Assembly: GCA_934486825.1 (NCBI GenBank)
Contig: CAKSQF010000009.1
Location: 11,298-75,297, forward strand
DNA from: an uncultured Eubacteriales bacterium
Lineage (GTDB): Bacteria; Bacillota; Clostridia; Oscillospirales; CAG-272
Reading direction: 5' to 3'
Length of the DNA stretch: 64,000 bases
The notes below the pieces were generated by a model. The model saw nothing but the letters and a program-made list of their open reading frames with translations. It made no database searches and had not been told where the DNA came from. Shown piece by piece: positions 26,761-34,091 of the stretch. Within the stretch, counting starts at the first letter, position 1. Every line of letters starts with the position of its first letter. The position numbers and the translations under genes are program-made.

Positions 26761-27905
26761 TTTCGTGATCTGCCCAATTGATTCTTGCAACAAGTGTCTG
26801 TGTGCCGAGGCTCGCGCCGACATTCAGCGTAAACACGATATTCTGCACACCATACGACATTGGTGGTAACCGAGTTGCCCGCCATTTTGTAAAGCTGGGA
26901 GTCGCTGATCCCGTTGTCGGCAAGAGTCTGAAACTGATTGTCGGCAAAGCCCTGCAAGCGGAAGCATTCTATCGGCATCAGCCGTCGGATGATTCCGTTC
27001 AGAAGAATAACGCCGTGTACATCCTGTGTCGTCAGCGCATACATCGGCTCATCGGGACCTTTGAACCGTCTGCCGCATTGCCTGACTTTGAGTCTTTCCG
27101 GTGTCAGGATGGCTCTTGCGCCGGTGATGAGAACGCCGGAATGCTCGCCTTTGCGATTGCTTATACCCGCATCCTGTCTTGCGGTGATACATCGGGCGAG
27201 AGGTGTGAGCTTCGGGTTTTCGTTCATATCGATAAGATACAGCCCGGTCTTCGCCCCTTGTCCGCCTCCCTGACTCATTAAACATACGGCGGCTCCATCG
27301 GGGGAATATACACGCTGACCTTGGCGTCCGGGAATAAGCTGCTTAAGATTTGAATATGTGCTTTCTCGGACAGGATATATTTTGCCGGACAGTCTGCTAT
27401 CAAGATATCCGACAATGTACACTCGCTTCCGGTCTTGGGGGACACCGAAGTTTGCGCTGTTAACAACACACCATTCAAGAGAATACCCCAGTTGCCCAAG
27501 CGCGGTGAGGATAGCGAGGAAAGTTTGCCCCCCTTCGTGAGTGAGTAGCCCCGGCACGTTCTCAAGCAGAAGATACTTAGGGTGCCGGGCTTCAGCCAAT
27601 CGGCAGATTTCATGAAATAGTGTGCCTCTTTCGTCAGCAAATCCAAGTCGTTGCCCTGCGACAGAAAAAGGCTGACAAGGGAAGCCGCCGCAGATAAGGT
27701 CGAAGTCGGGCAGGTCTGTGGGGTTGATGTTTCTTGCGTCATCGCAAAAGTATTCTCCTTCCGTTCCGTATAGTAACCGATAGGCTTTCTGCGCGTGTTT
27801 GTCTTTTTCGCACCAGCCGACCGGCATAAAAAAATCGCCGGCATTTGTGAGTCCCGTGCGGAACCCGCCTATGCCGGCGAACATATCCAGATATTTGATT
27901 TTCAA
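26757..27905 (-). CDS. dcm: DNA (cytosine-5)-methyltransferase
   Basis: Motif I FAGIGGF, motif IV GGFPCQPFS, motif VI LLLENVPGL, motif VIII QDRKRVYIVG and motif X GNSVT. The start (TTG 27905) is uncertain. No restriction endonuclease is recognisable nearby. Confidence 0.85.
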   Translation of the reverse strand: MKIKYLDMFAGIGGFRTGLTNAGDFFMPVGWCEKDKHAQKAYRLLYGTEGEYFCDDARNINPTDLPDFDLICGGFPCQPFSVAGQRLGFADERGTLFHEICRLAEARHPKYLLLENVPGLLTHEGGQTFLAILTALGQLGYSLEWCVVNSANFGVPQDRKRVYIVGYLDSRLSGKIYPVRESTYSNLKQLIPGRQGQRVYSPDGAAVCLMSQGGGQGAKTGLYLIDMNENPKLTPLARCITARQDAGISNRKGEHSGVLITGARAILTPERLKVRQCGRRFKGPDEPMYALTTQDVHGVILLNGIIRRLMPIECFRLQGFADNQFQTLADNGISDSQLYKMAGNSVTTNVVWCAEYRVYAECRREPRHTDTCCKNQLGRSRK

Positions 27906-27916
27906 ATGATTTTACA

Positions 27917-28300
27917 TCACATACCTCCCATTCCGAAATCCTCTGAGAAGGTGAGGACATAATCGGAGGCTGCATCGCGCAAGGCGTTCCAGTCTTTTGT
28001 CTGCGGAGGCGGACCGTACCATTCGTGTTTCCCGCTGTCGCACCAGATATGGGGAGTCTGACCGCGTGAATTCCGGGAGAAGTAATCCCCGAAGCGGAGG
28101 AGAGTTTTATCAATGACGCCGTCCGCACGGTTGATAACCGACATCTGCAGTGCGACATATTCTTCATGGACGCCCTGCGTGACGAATTCCGCTTTGACGA
28201 GATTTCCGTCATCTGCGGGAATGAAGCAGCATCGTCCGATGAATCGGGCATCCTCCGTGTCCCCGAACAGCCGCCTCAGTTGGCTCTCAAAAAAGTTCAT
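27917..28300 (-). CDS. Hypothetical protein ending in GMGGM
   Basis: 127-aa ORF with no recognisable motifs. The C-terminus is ...SEDFGMGGM. Confidence 0.45.
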   Translation of the reverse strand: MNFFESQLRRLFGDTEDARFIGRCCFIPADDGNLVKAEFVTQGVHEEYVALQMSVINRADGVIDKTLLRFGDYFSRNSRGQTPHIWCDSGKHEWYGPPPQTKDWNALRDAASDYVLTFSEDFGMGGM

Positions 28301-28377
28301 GTGATTTTCCTTTCTTTCTGAATTTGTAGATTCCGGTTTGTTTCAGTTGCACATGGCAACCACCTCCTTCAGGGTAT

Positions 28378-28414
28378 AGAAAAAGCCCCTTGATCCTTTT
28401 TGAATCAAGGGGCT
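28378..28414 (-). terminator. Rho-independent terminator
   Basis: Stem agccccttgat / atcaaggggct (28384-28394 and 28404-28414). U-tract on the minus strand. Lies just downstream of the 28423 stop. Confidence 0.65.
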
Positions 28415-28422
28415 GTATGGCG

Positions 28423-28701
28423 TTATTCATTTGTCTTGTCCGCAAGCGCGGCGCACGCCAACCGCAGGGCGATTCTGAATCCCGAGGCAAAGGCTTCGCG
28501 CTCGGATACGGAGTTCATTTCAAGCGTGGTATCGCAATATTTTTCGAGTTTTTCTTTCTGTTCCTCCGATAGGCTTTCAAGCAGCTCTGTTTTGTTGCGG
28601 GCTTGCAGGTGCTGCAGTTCCTTATAGTGTGGATTGTTGTCGACCAGTGTGTCCTGTGGGTTTATTTCGCCGTTCCATAGTTCTTCGATAATGTTTTTCA
28701 T
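28423..28701 (-). CDS. Small helical protein, unknown function
   Basis: Start at ATG 28701 (MKNIIEELWNGEINPQD...), with AAGGAGG upstream. 92 aa, predicted helical and rich in E/K/L. Confidence 0.5.
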   Translation of the reverse strand: MKNIIEELWNGEINPQDTLVDNNPHYKELQHLQARNKTELLESLSEEQKEKLEKYCDTTLEMNSVSEREAFASGFRIALRLACAALADKTNE

Positions 28702-28862
28702 TTTATCGCCTCCTTGCAACCACACACAATACCATGCAGGAGGCAACAAGTCCAGAAAACTTTCTGATAACAAAAGCCACCCGAATTTTTTCGGTCGGGT
28801 GGCTGTGCGCTTATGATGATAGTTTGAGGAAAAGGTATTTATCAAAATTCGGCGCATTGTGG

Positions 28863-29789
28863 TTAAGGTTTGAAATACCTATCGGCATATTCCAATGATT
28901 TATCAAGAAAGAGTTGGAGCTTGTCCAAATCATTATACATTCCGTGATTGGATTTCGGAAATTCGATATAATCATACGGCACCTGATATTTATCGTAAGC
29001 ATTTATCAGATAACACTTTTGACTCAGCGGCACGCAGTGATCAATCAATCCGTAGCCGATCAATGACGGAACGGAGTCAGCAGATACAATGCATGCAGGG
29101 GAGATTTTCTGAATTTCCCGACTGTAATCCGTCATCGTCTTTCCCGTCATCATTGCGCAAAACTCATCTTCGGTTTTGAGTTTGTCCACGCGCATCAGTA
29201 ACGACCATTCGGACGGTTCAAAATAAGTAGGAGCCGCCAACTGAAAAACAAATTTGACAGGAATTTCGGAATTCCCGTTATATGCAAGGTTCATTGCCAG
29301 CGTTCCGCCGGCAGACACACCGCACGGAGCCATACCGGCAATGCGGTATCCCAGCGCTTCGGCTTGCTCTTTAATTGCTTTGACAGCCGATTCTATTTCA
29401 CTGTTCATCAGATAAATAGATGCTTCCTGCCCGTGCGCCTGCAAAGTATAATCTACCGTTGCCGTAATATATCCTTTTGTCGCATAATATTTACACCATG
29501 CATCTCCGTCTTCTTTTGCTCCGGAGTTAAAGCTTCCTCCGTGGATAAAGAGGATCAGGTACTGATTTTGACTCTCATCTAATCCTGACGGAATGTATAA
29601 ATCATATTTATGACCGTTCGTATTCTCGTATTCCTGATTTGCATAAACGGTTCCGACCGAGTCGTTCCATTTAACACGAATCAATCGTTCCGGAGCGCCG
29701 CCGAGCAAGGCAATTCGAACAAGCGCGCTTCCAACAAATACTATCACAAAAACAGCGATATACAGTACGACCTTCGTTCTTTTTTTCAT
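28863..29789 (-). CDS. Alpha/beta hydrolase (esterase/lipase-like), membrane-anchored
   Basis: N-terminal TM helix, oxyanion HGGSF motif and nucleophile elbow GVSAGG. 308 aa. Confidence 0.75.
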   Translation of the reverse strand: MKKRTKVVLYIAVFVIVFVGSALVRIALLGGAPERLIRVKWNDSVGTVYANQEYENTNGHKYDLYIPSGLDESQNQYLILFIHGGSFNSGAKEDGDAWCKYYATKGYITATVDYTLQAHGQEASIYLMNSEIESAVKAIKEQAEALGYRIAGMAPCGVSAGGTLAMNLAYNGNSEIPVKFVFQLAAPTYFEPSEWSLLMRVDKLKTEDEFCAMMTGKTMTDYSREIQKISPACIVSADSVPSLIGYGLIDHCVPLSQKCYLINAYDKYQVPYDYIEFPKSNHGMYNDLDKLQLFLDKSLEYADRYFKP

Positions 29790-29884
29790 ATCAGATTATC
29801 CAGCAGCAGTTTCCCGCATACCGCTCCCAAAATAATTGCAACGGCGATAACAATCACCAAAGCAATGACATCCTTTTTCTTCAT
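29786..29884 (-). CDS. Unannotated 32-aa single-TM micro-protein
   Basis: Not in the ORF track. GGAGG (29895-29891) lies 6 nt before ATG 29884. The translation is MKKKDVIALVIVIAVAIILGAVCGKLLLDNLI. Its stop overlaps the hydrolase ATG (ATGA). Confidence 0.4.
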   Translation of the reverse strand: MKKKDVIALVIVIAVAIILGAVCGKLLLDNLI

Positions 29885-29941
29885 ATATAACCTCCGCAAC
29901 CGCCAATTTGTCGGTGTTCCGTTCTTTTTTTCGCTATCATT

Positions 29942-30796
29942 TTAATTTTTTGCTTTCATAAATGCAATCAGCCGCGCCAATTCTTTTTCTACGGTCTGTC
30001 TGCCGATTTCATAGCAGGCTTTCAACTTGGCGGGGTCTTTTTCCGCCCGCTTGACCGGGAGGGGTGAGTCGGGGCGGATGACGAAAAGCTCGCCGCGCTT
30101 TTCCTGCTTTGCGATCAGCTCCAGCTCCGCATTGTACATCAGGTGGCGATTCTCCAACGCCTTTATGAGATTCGGGTATTTCCGGTATTTCATACGGATC
30201 AGCGGCAGCATCCGGTTTTTCTCTTTCCGGTAGTTTTGCGGCTGTGTCAGAATGACCACATTTTTTGTGTATCCGATGCTTTCAAAATAGGCAACGGGGA
30301 TCGAGTCGGATATCCCGCCGTCCAGCAGTTTCGCCCCGTCGATCTCTACGATCTGTGAAACCAACGGAAGTGAGGCGGATGCACGGATCCAATCAAAGCC
30401 GTGATCGTTCCGCCCGGTGTATTCATGATAGACCGGCTTTCCGCTTTCGACATCCGTACAGGTAATATAGAACGGGGTCGGATCTTTTTCAAAAGCATCA
30501 AAATCGAAAATGTCGAGTTTCAGGGGAACCTCACCGTAGCAGAAGTCCGTATTGAAAAGATTTCCCGTTTTTAAGAGAGACCCGATTCCGCAATAGCGTT
30601 TATCATGGCAGTATTTTGCATTGTAACGGATTGCCCGCCCGATTTGCCCCGACTTATAATTGACGCCGAATGCCGCCCCTGCGGAAACTCCGACGATTCC
30701 GTCAAATCGGATTCCGTTTTCCATCATGACATCCATCACGCCCGCGCTGAATATTCCGCGCATGGCGCCGCCTTCCAATATCAAGCCTGTTTTCAT
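29942..30796 (-). CDS. Patatin-like phospholipase family protein
   Basis: GGAMRG oxyanion motif, GVSAG nucleophile and a DGG catalytic Asp motif (LLDGGISDSIP). 284 aa. Confidence 0.85.
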   Translation of the reverse strand: MKTGLILEGGAMRGIFSAGVMDVMMENGIRFDGIVGVSAGAAFGVNYKSGQIGRAIRYNAKYCHDKRYCGIGSLLKTGNLFNTDFCYGEVPLKLDIFDFDAFEKDPTPFYITCTDVESGKPVYHEYTGRNDHGFDWIRASASLPLVSQIVEIDGAKLLDGGISDSIPVAYFESIGYTKNVVILTQPQNYRKEKNRMLPLIRMKYRKYPNLIKALENRHLMYNAELELIAKQEKRGELFVIRPDSPLPVKRAEKDPAKLKACYEIGRQTVEKELARLIAFMKAKN

Positions 30797-30897
30797 TTCT
30801 TTTCGCTTTCCTTTCCCGCTATCTGTGCCGTCAGAAGTACGATTTCTTCCGGTGTTTCCGGCATATATGGTGTTCGGTTAGACAAGCCGGAGATTTC

Positions 30898-31308
30898 TTA
30901 CCCCGTATAAGCATCCTCTGCTGTATTCTTGAAATTCTGCTTTTCCAGCCATTGCTTTTCTTCTTCGTTTTCCGGGATGTCAATTCTTTCGATCTTGAAG
31001 ATAACGGGGCGTGTGCCGTCATTACAGCAGGCGATCATCATTCTGTCGTCATTTGTCCACTTGCGCATAATGGAGCCGCCCTGCAACGCCGCATAGACAT
31101 ATCGGCTGATGGCGTCCCATGCCTCTCCGCAGAATTTGCCGTTCATCAGACGGTAAAAATCATCCTGTTCCGGTGTTCTTTTCAAAATAAAGGTATCTCC
31201 CGCTTTGAAGCAGGGACACGGACCGGATTTCGGATCAGCCAGATATTTTTCCTGTAATCCCGGGAACACTTTTGTCTCCAATACCGTTATTCTGCATTCG
31301 TAGTTCAT
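30898..31308 (-). CDS. TIGR04076 family protein
   Basis: ITVLETKVF...YLADPKSGPCPCFKAGDTFIL...FCGEAWDAI...IACCNDGTRPVIFKIERI matches the remembered TIGR04076 pattern, with a C-terminal extension. Confidence 0.7.
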   Translation of the reverse strand: MNYECRITVLETKVFPGLQEKYLADPKSGPCPCFKAGDTFILKRTPEQDDFYRLMNGKFCGEAWDAISRYVYAALQGGSIMRKWTNDDRMMIACCNDGTRPVIFKIERIDIPENEEEKQWLEKQNFKNTAEDAYTG

Positions 31309-31406
31309 AAAAGCCTCCTGAGTCTATAATGTGTTGAGTTTATCAAACCCCGATTTGTCGATATCTTATTATACCATAAATCTTCCCATTTTTCAACCGC
31401 TTCCGT

Positions 31407-32552
31407 TCACATTCCGCCCATACCCTGATCCATGTCCTGCAGGACATCCTCCAGGGTATAGCCTTCTTCCATACAGACGAAGCCGAGACCTTCCACAAAT
31501 TCGCCGTCATTGTTTTCGGCTATTGATTCGCCATAGCCATCGTAATCGAAAAACTCGTCAATTTCATAAGGCAAGGAACAATCCAGCTTGTTTTCCAGCC
31601 ACCATGCGCCGAGGTTGTTTGTGTCCCGCACACCCGGAGCATACTCGAAAAGCTCCAACGATTCCGCAATCCGGCACACTTCGCAGGAGGTGTCGGCATT
31701 TGCATACAGCACGGCTGCCGTGAATTTGTCCAGATCCCGGTCAGGTATTTTTGCGGCAGCATGGCATACCTCGTTGAATGCCTCCAAGCCTTCATCGTTC
31801 AGAATGTGATCCATCACTTCGGAGAGCGGCTTCCCGAATCGGCTGCAGCTCATTTGAATGTGGCAGTCGTCGAGGCTGTCTGCTCCTAAGCGTTCCAATG
31901 CAAATTCGATAGAGGATTGCTCACACGGAGGATAGACAAATTCCGTTCTTCCTCCGTGACAGATTGCCACACTGGATTCCTCGGGACCGCCACAGAGGTA
32001 TTCGGGGAAGGTAATGCCGTTGTAGACTTCTTCCCAAGGCACTTCATCGTTGATGAACATCAGTCCGTAATCGGTCCAGATGCCGCGCTTGCTGCTTAGT
32101 AGGGCGCGACCTTCTTCGGCTCGTTTTGGATCGCGGTATTCCTCGTTAGAACAGCACCCGCCGTGGATATCCATGTAGTGCTCAACTCCTACCGTCTGCA
32201 TATCCGAGATGTTCTGAATCAGTGTAATCCTGCCGAGGTTGAAGGTGTAGTTGATCAGCTGTTTGAGGTTCCGTGTATCAAAGCGGGATGCCGCCGCAAG
32301 CAGTTTTCCCATCTCGGTTCCGTCAAAGCTGTCCATCCGTTTGGCAAGGTAGTTCAGCTCATGGATATTGGCGTAAGTGCCTTCCATGGATTTCAGCCCC
32401 TTGGGACCAATGAGGTTATTGATGAAAACCGTAGCTTTGTGTCCGATCTCGTTCTGTTCCGTCAGTCGCATGATCTCATCGTCGGAGCATGGAAATGATA
32501 CGGTTTCAATATGGTTGCCGCCTGTCAAAAGGGTTGCTTTGATCTGTGTCAT
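31407..32552 (-). CDS. Acidic protein, unknown function, ending in GMGGM
   Basis: 381 aa. The ATG directly follows the upstream TAA. Acidic C-terminal third (EIDEFFDYDGYGESIAENNDGEFVEG...LEDVLQDMDQGMGGM). Confidence 0.55.
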   Translation of the reverse strand: MTQIKATLLTGGNHIETVSFPCSDDEIMRLTEQNEIGHKATVFINNLIGPKGLKSMEGTYANIHELNYLAKRMDSFDGTEMGKLLAAASRFDTRNLKQLINYTFNLGRITLIQNISDMQTVGVEHYMDIHGGCCSNEEYRDPKRAEEGRALLSSKRGIWTDYGLMFINDEVPWEEVYNGITFPEYLCGGPEESSVAICHGGRTEFVYPPCEQSSIEFALERLGADSLDDCHIQMSCSRFGKPLSEVMDHILNDEGLEAFNEVCHAAAKIPDRDLDKFTAAVLYANADTSCEVCRIAESLELFEYAPGVRDTNNLGAWWLENKLDCSLPYEIDEFFDYDGYGESIAENNDGEFVEGLGFVCMEEGYTLEDVLQDMDQGMGGM

Positions 32553-33413
32553 TTACATTCCTCCCATCGTCATGCCGTGCGTATGCGGCATTTCACTGAA
32601 TTCATCCGAATTGCGGACAAAGTAGTTATCACCACTGTTCCAGAAGTGGACATTCATAATGCCGTCAGGGATTCTGATATCCTGCTGTTCGGCTCCTTCG
32701 CCAAGCCCATCCGAATTCTGACCGGTGATGAATTCCTTGAGTTCCGCTTCTTCGTCTTCTGTCAGCGGCTCTGTCAGTGTTGCACGCACTCTGCCGAAGA
32801 GGACTCCGTCAAAGCTCTCAAAATCCCATTTCAGCGACTTGATTTTTGCGACCGCCGAATTGCTCCCGTCAAAGTATTCCGCCATGTCGGTGTCGTCACT
32901 TGCGGTGTAGGCATCAAACATGGCTTTGATCTCATCGGCATAATTATCTGCAAATCTGCCGTCAAGCTCGCAGTCGGAATCGTAGTCAAGGTCACCGTAC
33001 TCGTTGTATTCATAGACTGTGACCGTCAGAGAAAAATAGTAATCCTCGGTCACATATTTCGGTTGAAAGTCCATGACCTTGTGGCAGAGAGAAGAAAGAC
33101 TGTCCGGGGGGTTCTGTGACAGCTCCGCCTTCAGTTTTTCCTTCTGCGTTTGAGGCAGCTCCCGATAGAGATCGAGCGCTGTGTTGACGCTGCCGAGGCT
33201 GTCTTTGGGAGTAACCAATGCCGTGAGTTCATTTTCAAAGTCACTCTCGCCAAATAGCTTCACTTTGATATAATCTTCTTCCTCGTCCGAGCAGGGGATG
33301 ATGTATGCCGGAGTTCTGACACCGATCCGGCTCAAAGAGCCTGCAAGCTCCATTCGGGAGCTCGGCAGTTCAAGGACGGCGGTCTGATCGTTTCTTGTGA
33401 TGATTGCTTTCAT
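32553..33413 (-). CDS. Acidic protein, unknown function, ending in GMTMGGM
   Basis: Start at ATG 33413 (MKAIITRNDQ), with AAGGA upstream. 286 aa with very acidic stretches (YEYNEYGDLDYDSDCELDGRFADNYADE, TEPLTEDEEAELKEF). Confidence 0.55.
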   Translation of the reverse strand: MKAIITRNDQTAVLELPSSRMELAGSLSRIGVRTPAYIIPCSDEEEDYIKVKLFGESDFENELTALVTPKDSLGSVNTALDLYRELPQTQKEKLKAELSQNPPDSLSSLCHKVMDFQPKYVTEDYYFSLTVTVYEYNEYGDLDYDSDCELDGRFADNYADEIKAMFDAYTASDDTDMAEYFDGSNSAVAKIKSLKWDFESFDGVLFGRVRATLTEPLTEDEEAELKEFITGQNSDGLGEGAEQQDIRIPDGIMNVHFWNSGDNYFVRNSDEFSEMPHTHGMTMGGM

Positions 33414-33591
33414 GTTCGTTTTTTCCTTTCGTATAGAATTCATAGATTTCTTTATCGTTTTCATTGAGGACGGGGGAGCGCGTGCGAACCTTATCTTCCA
33501 GGCAGCAGCACCGGACGGCACGGCATTTCCTGCGTCGGAAGTACAGGCAGTAGCGGCAGTCGCAATCTTCTTTTTTATAAATGTAACCGAT
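33370..33591 (-). CDS. Cysteine-rich small protein (Cys-rich VLP-like), non-canonical start
   Basis: IGYIYKKEDCDCRYCLYFRRRKCRAVRCCCLEDKVRTRSPVLNEN resembles the Cys-rich VLP family of Firmicutes conjugative elements. There is no in-frame ATG after the strong SD AAGGAGG (33604-33598); ATC at 33591 lies 6 nt downstream of it. Confidence 0.4.
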   Translation of the reverse strand: MGYIYKKEDCDCRYCLYFRRRKCRAVRCCCLEDKVRTRSPVLNENDKEIYEFYTKGKNEHESNHHKKRSDRRP

Positions 33592-33640
33592 GACGAACCT
33601 CCTTTCAGGCAGACACAAATATTTAACAAATAAAAATACG

Positions 33641-33683
33641 AAAAAAGGGCAGAAGGTGCGTAAAATCATCGCACTTTCTGCCC
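33641..33683 (-). terminator. Hairpin terminator at the right edge of the accessory region
   Basis: 14-bp stem gggcagaaggtgcg / cgcactttctgccc with one mismatch. The plus-strand A6 run (33641-33646) gives a U-tract on the minus strand. Confidence 0.45.
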
Positions 33684-33822
33684 TTAAAATGGGTACTGCG
33701 CTTTCGCCGCAGGCGAAAGCTGTTCAACATCCTGCAGGGAGCCGTTTTTTTGAAATGATATCTTTTTTTCTGCACTCTGTATCCGCAAACCCCATGGTTG
33801 CGAAAAAGCGAGAAAACGCGAG

Positions 33823-33853
33823 AAAAACCCCCGAAATCGTGAGATTTCGGGGG
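33823..33853 (-). terminator. Rho-independent terminator of tRNA-Gln
   Basis: 11-bp stem cccccgaaatc / gatttcggggg with a GTGA loop. The minus strand continues TTTTTCTCGCGTTTTC. Confidence 0.7.
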
Positions 33854-33888
33854 TTCGAAGCCATGATATCTTTTTTGGCTTCACTATA

Positions 33889-33962
33889 TGGCTGAGGATT
33901 AGGGATTCGAACCCCAACAAACAGAGTCAGAGTCTGTCGTGCTACCTTTACACAAATCCTCA
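33889..33962 (-). tRNA. tRNA-Gln (anticodon CUG)
   Basis: Hand-folded cloverleaf. Acceptor TGAGGAT/ATCCTCA (U1:A72), D arm GTGT..GCAC, anticodon stem ACAGA/TCTGT with loop CTCTGAC, T arm TGGGG-TTCGAAT-CCCTA, and an encoded CCA. Confidence 0.85.
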
Positions 33963-34091
33963 ACAATATCTTTTCAACGTTGCTTATTATAGCACATTGG
34001 ATAACATTTGTCAATAGTTTTTTTCATTTTCCCGAAAAAAGTGTTTCGGACGCCGCTCTGTTCCCGACATCCGAAACACAAAAAATATCTT

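Noticed and set aside
26663-26947. Alternative frame at the 3' end of the MTase gene, suggesting a frameshifted methylase.
   Set aside because: Motif X (GNSVT) is in the main frame. The GTGA stop/start overlap with the downstream membrane protein explains the overlapping ORFs without a frameshift.
27917-28300. The 127-aa ORF next to the C5-MTase as a Vsr-type mismatch endonuclease or restriction partner.
   Set aside because: It has no Vsr-like or PD-(D/E)xK/HNH motifs recognisable by eye, and it shares the MGGM tail with non-enzymatic-looking acidic proteins.
29942-30796. Patatin-like phospholipase as a CBASS or other signalling-defence effector.
   Set aside because: No cyclase/nucleotidyltransferase, sensor domain or other signalling-system partner is nearby. 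The protein is a plain single-domain patatin flanked by hydrolase-type genes.
33700-33712. 13-mer GCTTTCGCCGCAG repeated at 33700 and 35705, both near tRNA genes (possible att or REP-like repeat).
   Set aside because: In a 64-kb window, tens of exact 13-mer coincidences are expected by chance, and no extended similarity flanks the two copies.
33843-33860. GGGGGTTCGAAGCC resembling a tRNA T-arm, considered as a duplicated tRNA 3' end marking an attachment site.
   Set aside because: It is in inverted orientation relative to tRNA-Gln and forms one arm of the tRNA's own terminator hairpin. No acceptor-stem duplication is present.
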